Source: an uncultured Gemmatimonadales bacterium
GTDB taxonomy: Bacteria; Gemmatimonadota; Gemmatimonadetes; Gemmatimonadales; GWC2-71-9
Assembly: GCA_963828735.1 (NCBI GenBank)
Contig: CAWHFW010000005.1
Location: 2,656,001 to 2,720,000 of the forward strand
Direction: 5' to 3'
DNA: 64,000 nt
The position numbers and the translations under genes were made by a program. Below are positions 51,118-64,000 of the stretch, piece after piece (positions within the stretch are counted from its first letter, which is position 1; the number at the start of each line of letters is the position of its first letter). Under the pieces are notes generated by a model. It did not search any database and had not been told where the DNA came from. It saw nothing but the letters and a program-made list of their open reading frames with translations.

Positions 51118-52185
51118 TCAGAGCTTCATGCCCTGCAAGGCGGGGTGGACGATCTTGCCGCCTTCGACATTGATGCCGCGCACCAGCGGCTGGCTGTCGC
51201 GCCAGTTGCCGGAAGCGAGCTTGGTGACCCACGGCAGGATCGCTGCGCAGATCGCCTGCGAGGAGGTCTGCGGCACGGCGCCCGGCATGTTCGTGACCGC
51301 AAAATGGGTGACGCCTTCCTCGATGTAGGTCGGCTCCTTCCAGGTGGTCGGACGCGAGGTCTCGAAGCAGCCGCCCTGGTCGATCGAGATGTCGACGACC
51401 ACGCTGCCCGGCTCCATGCCGCGGATCATTTCGCGGCTGAGCACGTGCGGCGCGACCGCGCCGGTCACGAGGACGGCGCCGACGACGAGGTCGGCCGAGG
51501 CGACTTCGCGCGCGACGACTTCCTCGTACGGATACAGCGCGGTCACGTTGTTGCCGAGGCGCATCATCTCGTCCATGCGGTCCTGGCGCTTCTCGAACAC
51601 GACGACGTTCGAGCCGCCGGCCGCGGCCAGCGCCGCGGAGTTGCCGCCGGCCTGGCCCGCGCCGAAGACGACGACCTTGCCGCGTTCGGTCGACGGCAGG
51701 CCACCCAGCAGCTTGCCCTTCCCGCCCATCGGCTGGTGCAGCAGGTGCGTGCCGACCTGGACCGCGATCTTGCCGGCGATGATCGACATCGGCGCGAGCA
51801 GCGGCAGGTCGCCGTTGGGCAGTTCGACCGTCTCGAACGCGACGCCGGTCAGGCCGATGTCGAGCAGGCGCTTGGTGAGCCCGGGCAGCGGCGCCAGGTG
51901 CAGGTAGCAGAACAGCAGGTGGTCCTTGCGCAGCAGCGCGAGGTCGCCTTCGATCGGCTCCTTGACCTTGACGATCAGTTCGCCCTTCTCGTACAGCGCG
52001 GCGGCATCGGGCGCGATCTGCACGCCGAGCTTTGTGTATTCGGCGTCCTTGAAACCGGACTTGATGCCCGCGTCCTTCTCGATCCAGACCTCGTGGCCGC
52101 GACGGACCAGGTCGCCGGCAGCGGCCGGTACGAGCGCGACGCGCCCTTCGAGGGTCTTGGTTTCCTTGGGAACGCCGATACGCAT
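51118..52185 (-). CDS. ald: Alanine dehydrogenase
   Basis: MRIGVPKETK, VKVKEP, FCYLHLA, VDISIDQGGCFETS, VTNMPGAVP. Confidence 0.95.
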   Translation of the reverse strand: MRIGVPKETKTLEGRVALVPAAAGDLVRRGHEVWIEKDAGIKSGFKDAEYTKLGVQIAPDAAALYEKGELIVKVKEPIEGDLALLRKDHLLFCYLHLAPLPGLTKRLLDIGLTGVAFETVELPNGDLPLLAPMSIIAGKIAVQVGTHLLHQPMGGKGKLLGGLPSTERGKVVVFGAGQAGGNSAALAAAGGSNVVVFEKRQDRMDEMMRLGNNVTALYPYEEVVAREVASADLVVGAVLVTGAVAPHVLSREMIRGMEPGSVVVDISIDQGGCFETSRPTTWKEPTYIEEGVTHFAVTNMPGAVPQTSSQAICAAILPWVTKLASGNWRDSQPLVRGINVEGGKIVHPALQGMKL

Positions 52186-52400
52186 TGCCGGATCTCCGTT
52201 GCGCCCACATGCGAGCCGCGAGCGGCTCATCGGGCAGTTTGGGTTTCGCGATGCGGGACGAACGCTTCGTCCCGCGTTCCGCGCCTTGTGTTGCGGGGGC
52301 GGCGCCTCCAAGCTATGCCGCTCGCGGTCGCCGGGTGCGCTTGATGCCCGCTTCAAGTCGCCTGTTTCGCCCGGCAAACGCCGCATCACACAGCCCCTAA

Positions 52401-53360
<960 letters not shown>

Positions 53361-53370
53361 TCGCCGGCCG

Positions 53371-54518
53371 ATGAGCGTCGCGCGCATCGTCGGCAGCCTG
53401 TCGGAGATTCCCGCGACCGAGTGGGACGCGCTGCACGACGGTCGCAATCCGTTCGTCGCGCATGCGTTCCTGTCCGGCCTGGAGACGCACGGCGCCCTGC
53501 TCGAACGCAACGGCTGGACAGCGCGCCACCTGCGTCGCTCCGTGACGACCGCGGCGCGCTGGTCGCCGCGGCGCCCGGCTACATCAAGCGCAATTCACAC
53601 GGCGAATTCGTCTTCGACCACGCCTGGGCGCACGCCTATGCGCGCTACGGCGAGGCGTATTTCCCCAAGTGGCTGTGCGCGGTGCCGTACACGCCGGTGA
53701 CCGGACCGCGCCTGTTGGCGCGCGACGCCGATGCACGCGCGCGAGCTGGTCCAGGCGATTGAAACGATGACCGCGGGCGCTGGACTTTCGTCGGCGCACG
53801 TCAATTTCATCGAGCCGACCGACGACGATGCGTTCGGGGCCAGCTGGCTCTCGCGCGTCGACGTGCAGTACCACTGGCGCAACTTCGGCGGCTGGGGCGA
53901 CTTCGACGCGTTCCTCGCCGCGATGGACCACAAGCACCGCAAGAACATCCGCCAGGAGCGGGCGAAACTGGCTCGCGCGGGGGTCGAATTCCGGATCGTC
54001 CACGGCGACGAGGCCAGCGACTCCGACCTCGCCGCGATGCATGGTTTCTACCTCCAGACCTTCTCCGAATACGGCAACACGCCGACGCTGACCCTGGCGT
54101 TCTTCCGGCATCTCGCGCGGGCGATGCCGCGACAACTGGTGCTGTTCCTGGCCGAGCGTTCGAGGCGAGCCCGATCGCCGGCGCACTGTGCCTGCGCGGC
54201 ACCGACACGCTGTACGGACGCTATTGGGGAACGGCCGGCGACACCGGGCACGAACGCATTCCCGGGCTGCATTTCGAGGCCTGCTACTACCAGGGCATCG
54301 ACTATTGCCTGCGCGAAGGCTTGACCGTCTTCGAACCGGGCGCGCAGGGCGAACACAAACTGGCACGCGGCTTCCTGCCGACTTTGGTCCGCAGTCGGCA
54401 TTGGATCGCCGATCCCGCATTTGCCGAGGCTCTCGGGGCCTGGTGCAGGGAAGAAACCGCCTCGGTACTGCGCTACAAGGCGTTGCTCGACAGCCACTCG
54501 CCGTTCCGGCGCAGCTGA
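53371..54518 (+). CDS. FemAB-like/DUF482 GNAT-fold protein (several frameshifts)
   Basis: NPFVAHAFL, SHGEFVFDHAWA, VPYTPVTGPR, LHFEACYYQGI, FEPGAQGEHKLARGF across frames. Confidence 0.85.
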
Positions 54519-54569
54519 GCCGCAGATGTCTCGTTCGGCGATCGACACGTGCCAGCTCAAGATATCCAC

Positions 54570-55304
54570 ATGACGCTGCGCGTGCATTGGCTGGACCCTG
54601 CTCCGGACGCTCCCTTCCCGCCGGCCACGGCGGCGTTGCACGATCCGGACGGCTTGCTCGCGGCAGGCGGCGATCTGACCCCGCAGCGGCTGCTCAACGC
54701 CTACCGGCACGGCATTTTTCCGTGGTTCTCGGAAGGCCAGCCGATCCTGTGGTGGTGTCCGGATCCGCGGATGGTGTTCCGCACCGACGCGGTCAGGTTG
54801 TCGCAACGTTTCCGCCGCACGCTGCGCCGGGCACGGTGGGTCGTTCGTGCCGACACGGCGTTCGACGATGTCGTCGCCGCCTGCGCGACGGTCCCGCGCC
54901 CGGGCCAGGCCGGAACATGGATTACGAGCGGAATGCGCGAAGCCTATTCGGCGCTTCACGGGTTGGGCCATGCGCATTCGGTCGAGGTGTTCGACGGGGA
55001 CACGCTGGTCGGGGGCATCTACGGGGTGGCGATCGGCCGCATGTTCTTTGGCGAGAGCATGTTCAGCGCGCGCCCGGGCGGATCGAAGGTGGCCCTGGCG
55101 GCGTTGGCCAGCCGATTGCGCGAATGGCAGTGGCCGCTGATCGATGCGCAGGTCGAGAGCCCGCACCTGCTGCGGTTGGGCGCACAGCCATGCCCGCGCG
55201 GGGAATTCCTTCGCAGCGTCCAGGCACTGACGGCCTTGCATGAACCGCCGGCGGCATGGACCGAACGCTTCGGCGAGCTGGCGGCCGCGTCGCTTGCCGA
55301 CTGA
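54570..55304 (+). CDS. aat: Leucyl/phenylalanyl-tRNA-protein transferase
   Basis: GLLAAGGDL, AYRHGIFPW, WWCPDPR, FFGESMFS. Confidence 0.95.
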   Translation: MTLRVHWLDPAPDAPFPPATAALHDPDGLLAAGGDLTPQRLLNAYRHGIFPWFSEGQPILWWCPDPRMVFRTDAVRLSQRFRRTLRRARWVVRADTAFDDVVAACATVPRPGQAGTWITSGMREAYSALHGLGHAHSVEVFDGDTLVGGIYGVAIGRMFFGESMFSARPGGSKVALAALASRLREWQWPLIDAQVESPHLLRLGAQPCPRGEFLRSVQALTALHEPPAAWTERFGELAAASLAD

Positions 55305-55433
55305 CGGTCTTTTGCGCGGCACCCCGCCCGCGTGCCAGAATGCCCGACTTTCCCGGCGGCTCCGCCGGACCCGCGGCGTGCCTGGCTCATGGTGAGCTTG
55401 TCGAACCACGCGCTGCGCAACACCAGGAAACAC

Positions 55434-55652
55434 ATGGCGAAAGACGACGTCATCGAATTCGAAGGCACGGTCTCCGAAACCCTCCCGAACACCATGTTCC
55501 GGGTGAAGCTGGAGAACGGCCACGAAATCATTGCCCACATTTCGGGCCGGATGCGCAAGAACTACATCCGCATCCTCACCGGCGACAAGGTCAAGGTCGA
55601 AATGACGCCTTACGACCTCACGAAGGGCCGGATCACCTACCGCATGAAGTAA
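55434..55652 (+). CDS. infA: Translation initiation factor IF-1
   Basis: [11 protein letters not shown]...[17 protein letters not shown]; 72 aa. Confidence 0.98.
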   Translation: MAKDDVIEFEGTVSETLPNTMFRVKLENGHEIIAHISGRMRKNYIRILTGDKVKVEMTPYDLTKGRITYRMK

Positions 55653-55693
55653 CCGCGGCCGAGCCGCACGGGCTATCCAGACGCAGATGCATC

Positions 55694-55718
55694 AAGGCGA
55701 CCGATGGTCGCCTTTTTT
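55694..55718 (+). terminator. Rho-independent terminator after infA
   Basis: AAGGCGACC-GAT-GGTCGCC-TTTTTT. Confidence 0.85.
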
Positions 55719-55857
55719 GCGCCTGCCCTGTCACAGGTCACCGCGACTGGAGGCCGACGGTCTTAGGTCACTGCCACTTCAGGCAGATTCCGAATAACGC
55801 GCACGGCCCTACGTTGGATCCCGGTTCGACCCGAGCCGTCCATCAAGGGGTACCGCC

Positions 55858-56223
55858 ATGCAAGTCCTCCGCATCACTTCCCTCGCGCTGCTCATGGCAA
55901 CCGGCGCCGCCCAGGCGGAGGCGCCGGCCACGCAGTCGACGCCCCTCGCCGATTGCGTGGACCTGGCTCCGGATCATCAGGCGTTCGGCTTCGGCACGCA
56001 GTACCTGCTGGTGCAGGATGGCGACGCGCACTACCGCGTGTCGTTCTACGGCAACTGCGATGCCGTGGGGATGCCGCAGGTCGAGATCAGCACGTCCGGC
56101 ACGACCAACCGGCTGTGCCCGCAGGCGACGCGCGTCACCGCGAGCACGCGCACCTGCTCGGTCCGCAGCGTGGAACAGATCGACGCCGACCGCTATGCGC
56201 GCTATCGCCGCCTGAGCCGCTGA
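55858..56223 (+). CDS. Small secreted hypothetical protein with four Cys
   Basis: Signal peptide ending AQA; RBS-like AAGGGG. Confidence 0.7.
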   Translation: MQVLRITSLALLMATGAAQAEAPATQSTPLADCVDLAPDHQAFGFGTQYLLVQDGDAHYRVSFYGNCDAVGMPQVEISTSGTTNRLCPQATRVTASTRTCSVRSVEQIDADRYARYRRLSR

Positions 56224-56239
56224 GGGCCGCCGTTGCCGG

Positions 56240-58514
56240 TCACACCGTGACCGGCAGCAGCTTCTCCGGTTCTTCCTGGGCCTCGACCGACAAGTCGCCG
56301 TCCTTGACGTCGATGCTCACGCGCCCGCCGCGGGCGAGCTTGCCGAACAGCAATTCGTCCGCCAGCGGCCGCTTGACCTTGTCCTGGATGACGCGCGCCA
56401 TCGGTCGCGCGCCCATCAGCGGATCGAACCCGTGCTGGGCGAGCCATTCGCGCGCCGTGGGGGTCGCCGACAGCGTGACGTTCTTCTCGTGCAACTGCGC
56501 CTCGAGTTCGATCAGGAACTTGTCGACGACGCGCAGGATGTGATCCATGCCCAAGCGGCTGGAACTGCACGACCGCATCGAGGCGGTTACGGAATTCCGG
56601 GCTGAAACTCTTGCGGATGACTTCCATCGCATCGGTGCTGTGATCCTGCTTGGTGAAGCCGATCGTGCGACGGGCCGCCTGCGCGGCGCCAGCGTTCGTC
56701 GTCATCACCAGGATCACGTTCTTGAAGTTGGCCTCGCGCCCGTTGGTGTCGGTCAGCACGCCGCGATCCATGACCTGCAACAGGATGTTGAAGATGTCCG
56801 GATGCGCTTTTTCGACCTCGTCGAGCAGCAGCACGCAATGCGGCGTCTTGACGATCTTCTCGGTCAGCAGGCCGCCCTGGTCGAAGCCCACGTAGCCCGG
56901 GGGCGCACCGATCAGGCGCGACACCGAGTGCGGTTCCATGTACTCGGACATGTCGAAGCGCACCAGCTCGATGCCGAGCTGCAACGCGAGCTGCTTGGTC
57001 ACCTCGGTCTTGCCGACGCCGGTGGGACCGGCGAACAGGAAGTTGCCGATCGGCTTTTCCGGATTGCCGAGGCCCGAGCGCGCGAGCTTGATCGCCGACG
57101 TCAGCGTCCCGATCGCCGGATCCTGCCCGAAGATGACCATCTTCAGGTTGCGCTCCAGGTGCTTCAGCACGTCCTTGTCGGACGCGCTGACCTGCTTGGC
57201 GGGGATGCGCGCCATCTTGGCGACGATCGTCTCGACTTCCTCGACGTCGATGGTCGTCTTGCGCTGGTCCAGCGGCAGCAGGCGCTGGCGGGCGCCGGCT
57301 TCGTCGATCACGTCGATCGCCTTGTCCGGCAGCAGCCGGTCGCCGATGTGTTTCACCGACAGGTCGACGGCAGCCTGCAGGGCCTCGTCGGCGTAGCTGA
57401 CGCCGTGGTGCGCTTCGTACTTGGGCTTCAGGCCGTGGAGGATTTCGACCGTCTCGCCGACGGTGGGCTCGACGATGTCGATCTTCTGGAAGCGGCGCGC
57501 AAGCGCGCGATCCTTTTCGAAGATGCCGCGATATTCCTGGAACGTGGTCGAACCGATGCAGCGCAGGTCGCCCGATGCCAGCGCCGGCTTGATCAGGTTG
57601 GACGCATCCATCGTGCCGCCGCTGGCCGAGCCGGCGCCGATGATGGTGTGGATCTCGTCGATGAACAGCACCGCGCCCGGGATCTTCTTCATCGCGGCGA
57701 GCACGGCCTTCAGGCGCTTCTCGAAATCGCCGCGGTACTTGGTGCCGGCGACCAGCGCGCCGAGGTCCAGCGCGTAGATCACCGCATCGGCGAGCACGTC
57801 GGGAACGTCGCCATCGACGATGCGCTTGGCCAGGCCTTCGGCCAGCGCGGTCTTGCCCACGCCGGCTTCGCCGACATACAGCGGATTGTTCTTGCGGCGA
57901 CGGCACAGCACCTGGATGGTGCGTTCGACTTCGTCGGCGCGACCGACCAGCGGATCGATCTTGCCGGCCATGGCGAGTTCGTTGAGGTTGTTTGCGTATT
58001 CGGCCAGGGCGTCGCCCTTGCCCTCGCCTTCGCCCGCCTCGGCGCGCGAACCCTCCTCGTGGCCCTGGGATTCGTCGCCGCCCTGCTTGGCGATGCCGTG
58101 CGAGAGGTAGTTGACGACGTCCAGGCGCGTCACGTCCTGCTGGTTCAGGTAGTACACCGCGTGCGAGTCCTTCTCGCCGAAGATCGCCACCAGCACGTTC
58201 GCGCCGGTGACTTCCTTCTTGCCGGAGGACTGCACGTGGTAGACCGCCCGTTGCAGCACGCGCTGGAATCCGAGGGTCGGCTGGGTGTCGCGGCCGTCGT
58301 CCTGATCGAGCTTGACGACCGACTTGTCGATCGCCTGCTCAAGTTCGGCGCGCAACCGCGGGAAATCCGTGCCGCTGGCCTTGAGGACCATTTCGGCCGA
58401 CGGGTTGTCGAGCAGGGCGAGCAACAGGTGCTCGACGGTCATGTACTCGTGGCGCGCCTCGCGGGCGCGCTTGTAGCACTGGCCGATGCTGTATTCGAGG
58501 TCTTTGCTGAACAT
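56240..58514 (-). CDS. clpA: ATP-dependent Clp protease ATP-binding subunit ClpA (frameshift ~56550)
   Basis: HEYMTVEHLLL, GEAGVGKT, GPTGVGKT, PEFRNRLD, MGARPMAR. Confidence 0.96.
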
Positions 58515-58622
58515 GGGGCTGCTGCCCTCCGGAGAAACCACTGCCGACGATGTGGGGCGGCTGCATGCCGCTCTCAAGCCCGCTGCCCACGTGCCCTGAC
58601 CGACAGGGCCCCTGTCGCACGT

Positions 58623-58943
58623 TTACGCCTTCTCCATCGTGCACAACAGCGGGTGCTGGTTGAGCCGTGAATATTCGTTCACCTGCGCCACTTTCGACTC
58701 TGCCACTTCGCGCGTGTAGACGCCGCACACACCCCGGCCGCGGGTATGGACGTGGAGCATGATCTGGGTGGCCTTTTCGATGTTCATCGCGAAGAAACGC
58801 ACCAGCACCTCCACCACGAATTCCATCGGGGTGTAGTCGTCGTTCAGCAGCAGGACCGAATATAGCGGCGGCCGCGCCACCTCCGGCTTGGAGGTTTCGA
58901 CCATGACGCCGTGGTCGCGTTCGTTTCCGGGTTGATGTGCCAT
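58623..58943 (-). CDS. clpS: Clp protease adaptor ClpS
   Basis: [26 protein letters not shown]. Confidence 0.96.
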   Translation of the reverse strand: MAHQPGNERDHGVMVETSKPEVARPPLYSVLLLNDDYTPMEFVVEVLVRFFAMNIEKATQIMLHVHTRGRGVCGVYTREVAESKVAQVNEYSRLNQHPLLCTMEKA

Positions 58944-58950
58944 GGCGCCG

Positions 58951-59008
58951 ATTATAGAAGCCGCGCCCCAACGCGGCATGGACGCACCGGCGGCCAGCAA
59001 AGGACAAT
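58951..59008. promoter_or_regulatory. Divergent -10 boxes for clpS and the NUDIX gene, probably leaderless
   Basis: TATAAT on the minus strand (58951-58956), 7 nt before the clpS ATG; GACAAT (59003-59008), 6 nt before the ATG at 59015. Confidence 0.55.
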
Positions 59009-59010
59009 GA

Positions 59011-60612
<1,602 letters not shown>

Positions 60613-60616
<4 letters not shown>

Positions 60617-61244
60617 GTACGCCAGTTTCCGAAAGGCCCGATCTTCCGCGCGACGAGCGCATGCTCGCCCTCGCCGGCCTGATGCAGGCGCTGCAACAGG
60701 TGCGTCGCATCGCCGATACGGGACAGGCCGACGGGGCGATCCTCGATGCAGCCGTGTCCAGCGTCTTCCGCATCGACGCGGACACCACGTCCGGCGTTTA
60801 TGGCGGCATTGCCGCGCTGCGCCCCGGACTGCTGCTGTTGCGCGGTTACTTCCGCAATGAAGGCCGCGACGAGCTGCTGCCGCGCCTGGCACTCGCCGTC
60901 CTGCAACTCGAGCGGCGTTTCAGCCGCGATGCCGCGGCACGCAGGTACGCGACGGCATCCTTGCGGTTGCGCCGTCGGCCGAACGCCTCGGCCCGACGCA
61001 TCCCGACGTGCTGGCTGCGCTCGGCAGCCTGTATGCGCAGACCGTCAGTCAGCTGCGCCCGCGTGTGCTCGTGCAGGGCAATCCGCATTATCTCGGCCAG
61101 GCCAATGTCGTCGCCGAAATCCGGGCGGTCCTGCTCGCCGCGTTGCGCTCGGCGGTATTGTGGCGACAGCTGGGCGGCAGCCTGTGGGATTTCCTCCTGC
61201 GACGCCGGCAAATGGTCGCCAGCATCGACGCACTGCTGGGTTAG
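60613..61244 (+). CDS. hflD: High-frequency lysogenization protein HflD (frameshift ~60940)
   Basis: [35 protein letters not shown]; follows mnmA. Confidence 0.92.
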
Positions 61245-61431
61245 CGCTCACATCCAGGCGTCCGCATGCATGCCTGACCTGCGTTTGCCCTAAAGCGCAA
61301 CAACGCGCGCAGGACGTCCGTGGCATCGGCTAGCCCAGCCTGCCGCGATGCAAATCCCTGGCTGGCGCGTGTAGCCCGGGGCTGCTCCCCACGACGGGGA
61401 CGACACGATTCGTGCACGGTGGGAGGTTCGA

Positions 61432-64000
61432 ATGGCCACCCGGAAAAATGCGAACGCGTTGACTGCCGCGGAGAAGGAGGAACTCGTCCGCGCCTTCGTG
61501 ATGATGAAGGCCGACCCAGTCCCCGGAAGGCCCTACAACTGGTTCGATGCGTTCGCCCTCATCCATCGCTACATCCAGAACGTCAACGCTCCCGCCGTGC
61601 CCGGCGGCTCGCCTGCGAAGGACAGTGTCAACTTTGGCCACCATGGTGCGGCCTTCACGCCTTGGCACCGCTACTTCCTCTATCGCTTCGAACGCCAACT
61701 CCAGGTGTATGTGCCGGGCGTCATGCTGCCGTACTGGGATTGGACCGATCCGGCACCGAACATCATGGTGCCGACGTTCATGGGCCCAAATGGCCTCGCG
61801 ACGAACAACTGGGAAGTGCGCCAAGGATATTTCGCCGCGAATGCGCCGGGCAGCGTCGACAACCTGATCCCCAAACCCGCGTGGTGGCCGGCCGGACTCG
61901 CCGGCTGGACGCTTCCGGCGGCGTGGGGTACCTACGCTGGCGCGCTGCGACGCAGCGTGCGGTCGGTGTCGGCGCTGCCGTCGGCCGACGCGATCCGGCA
62001 GACCCTCGATACGCCCAGCTACCTCAACTTCCGCGGCAACCTCGAGACCGGAGCCGGGGTGCCGGGCACCATGCACAACAGCATCCATGGTTGGTTCGGC
62101 CCGAACTCGCACATGCTGCTGGCGTTGACATCGGCGTCGGATCCGATGTTCTACCTGCACCACGCCAATATCGACCGGCTATGGGCGATGTGGCAGATGG
62201 ACGGCCACGGTGCCGAGTACCCGCCAGACGGTTCGGTACGCCAGGCACCACCGCCTCGACCGACCCGATGTATCCATGGGTGGCGCCGTCGGCCGGCTAC
62301 GTTGCCAACGGCACGCTTCCCGGCGTTGCCGCAGCTTCCGGACTATTCCGCCGAGCCCGCAGTGACCGCAGCCGACGCGATGGACCATCGTGCGCTCGGC
62401 TACTCCTACGACACGATGGTGACGATCGGTATTTCGCTGGATCGCACCGGCAGCATGCTCGGACTCACGCCCGACCCGATGACGGGCATGGCCGATGTCA
62501 GCAAGTGGGTGGCGGCAAAGCGAGGGGTTTCGGCATTCCTGCAGGACTGCGAAGCGGCATACCAGGCGAACGAGGCGTACGTGGTCGCCGGCGTAAAGAC
62601 CTTCCGGCAGACGACCACCAACCAGCTCGTGCCCGTGTTCGCTGGAACGTCTTACGGGGTGGTCAAGGCGTCCGGCGGGTACAGCGCCGCCGCCTTCGAT
62701 GCCGCCATCGCGGCGCAGACGGTCGCGACGGGCGATACCACGCCGATGGCCGCGGCGCTGACCGATGCGTTCAACACCTTGGTGCAGGCACCCTTCGCCG
62801 GAGCGCCCGCGGACGAACGCCGCTACCTGGCCGTCTTCAGTGATGGAATCCTTTCGTCCGGATCCGGACTTTCGACGATCCCGAACCACAGCCTGGCGCG
62901 GACCGCCGTGTTCGCGATGGGTTTCGGCAACGCCGGCCAGGTGAATTACACCACGCTGTCCAGCATCGTCGCGAAGGGTGCCGTGACGCTCCCGACGCCG
63001 CAGGTCTTCCACGGCGAAAATGCGGGACAGATCGACAAGTTCTTCTCGAAGGTGCTGGCGGATGCGCTGGGCTATGCGCCGGTGATGGATCCTGCGCTGG
63101 AACTCTTCGCGGGCGAACACGTCCACCTGCCGTTCACGGCGACGTCGGCCGAAGCAGCGTTCTACATCACCGCGCAGGGTGCGGACTTCGACGGCGACGC
63201 ATGGTCGTTCCAGTTGATGTCCGCCGACGGAACGATGTTGTATTCCGACGGCATCGCGCCAGCCCACGATCACGACAGCGGCCATGTCCACGACGGGGGC
63301 CGCGCGCCTTACGTGAGCGCGCGGCGCAGCGCAGGCCGGCTGACGCTGTTCGTACAACGAAACAACTGTGGCGATTCCACGTGGATTGGCGACTGGATGC
63401 TGCTGGTCGCGCGCCGCGCACTGGATTTCGAGGGAATGGTGATGGTCGGTCCGGGCCCGATGTTGTTTCCGGTGGCTGCAGGGCCCGTGCGCGGCCCCCG
63501 GTATGCGCGGCTGCTGCGGGACCCGGCCGAGCGCCACCCTGCCCGTCACATCGCGGCTCCGGCGAGCAACGTGCTGGATGAAACGATCAATTCCACGAAC
63601 CGTTCCCACGACGCCTGCATGGTGGTCGTGAACATCTACGCCAGGACGACGCTGCACTTCGACCTGGCGGTGGATGGAGAATGCACAGGCAAACCCCTGC
63701 GCATCGATCTCGTCTCCGATTCCGGTGCCGTGGCGACGGTGACGCAATCGGCGGTGCGCGCGGTTTCCCCGCGCGTCGACCTGCGCTCACTGCTATCCGG
63801 AGGGTCGTGTCCGGAAGAGGACAATTCAGAAGACGACCCCGAAAACGATGCCACGCTGTTGCTCGCAAGGATCGAGTCGAAGGAGCCGGACAAGTTCGCG
63901 CCCCTCGACGAGGCCGGCGCGCTGGTATCGCATCACGGAGGCGGCTGGCACTTCCATCTGGAACGCACCGACGTTCCGGGTGCCTACCACTTCGGCGTGA
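61432..64000 (+). CDS. Tyrosinase (type-3 copper) and vWA-domain fusion protein; runs off the window
   Basis: Manual translation: LIHRY, GHHGAAFTPWHR, LPYWDW, MHNSIH, DPMFYLHHANIDRLW; vWA motifs LDRTGSM, TTPMAAAL, AVFSDG; GGGAGG RBS. Garbled by compensating indels at about 62240-62330. Confidence 0.88.
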   Translation, partial: MATRKNANALTAAEKEELVRAFVMMKADPVPGRPYNWFDAFALIHRYIQNVNAPAVPGGSPAKDSVNFGHHGAAFTPWHRYFLYRFERQLQVYVPGVMLPYWDWTDPAPNIMVPTFMGPNGLATNNWEVRQGYFAANAPGSVDNLIPKPAWWPAGLAGWTLPAAWGTYAGALRRSVRSVSALPSADAIRQTLDTPSYLNFRGNLETGAGVPGTMHNSIHGWFGPNSHMLLALTSASDPMFYLHHANIDRLWAMWQMDGHGAEYPPDGSVRQAPPPRPTRCIHGWRRRPATLPTARFPALPQLPDYSAEPAVTAADAMDHRALGYSYDTMVTIGISLDRTGSMLGLTPDPMTGMADVSKWVAAKRGVSAFLQDCEAAYQANEAYVVAGVKTFRQTTTNQLVPVFAGTSYGVVKASGGYSAAAFDAAIAAQTVATGDTTPMAAALTDAFNTLVQAPFAGAPADERRYLAVFSDGILSSGSGLSTIPNHSLARTAVFAMGFGNAGQVNYTTLSSIVAKGAVTLPTPQVFHGENAGQIDKFFSKVLADALGYAPVMDPALELFAGEHVHLPFTATSAEAAFYITAQGADFDGDAWSFQLMSADGTMLYSDGIAPAHDHDSGHVHDGGRAPYVSARRSAGRLTLFVQRNNCGDSTWIGDWMLLVARRALDFEGMVMVGPGPMLFPVAAGPVRGPRYARLLRDPAERHPARHIAAPASNVLDETINSTNRSHDACMVVVNIYARTTLHFDLAVDGECTGKPLRIDLVSDSGAVATVTQSAVRAVSPRVDLRSLLSGGSCPEEDNSEDDPENDATLLLARIESKEPDKFAPLDEAGALVSHHGGGWHFHLERTDVPGAYHFGV

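Noticed and set aside
55385..55410. REP-like GCTCATGGTGAGCTTGTCGAACCACG upstream of infA
   Set aside because: Single copy in the window, so repeat status cannot be shown.

Overview
This window looks like two unrelated genomes joined at about 47433-47468 by a degenerate Nanopore ligation-adapter-like sequence. The left part (1-47430, Gemmatimonadota-like by gene content; inference) holds a D-amino-acid N-succinylation/racemase operon, an actinobacterial Sdh1-type succinate dehydrogenase operon, a MacAB-like ABC exporter and several lipoproteins. It also has six full-length Hanks-type Ser/Thr kinase genes, one internally deleted kinase scar, and a repeated, covarying structured intergenic element. 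The right part (47469-64000, Xanthomonadales/Lysobacter-like) is the housekeeping block lolA-ftsK-ald-trxB-GNAT-aat-infA-clpA-clpS-nudJ-mnmA-hflD, with many indels that are probably read errors, followed by a tyrosinase-vWA fusion gene. The most interesting biology is the membrane kinase-TPR gene at 42629-45634. It has one in-frame TGA inside a C-P-I-(TGA) motif, directly followed by a bacterial SECIS-like hairpin, so it is a candidate selenocysteine-containing (CxxU) redox-sensing receptor kinase. All calls come from reading the sequence; no searches were run.
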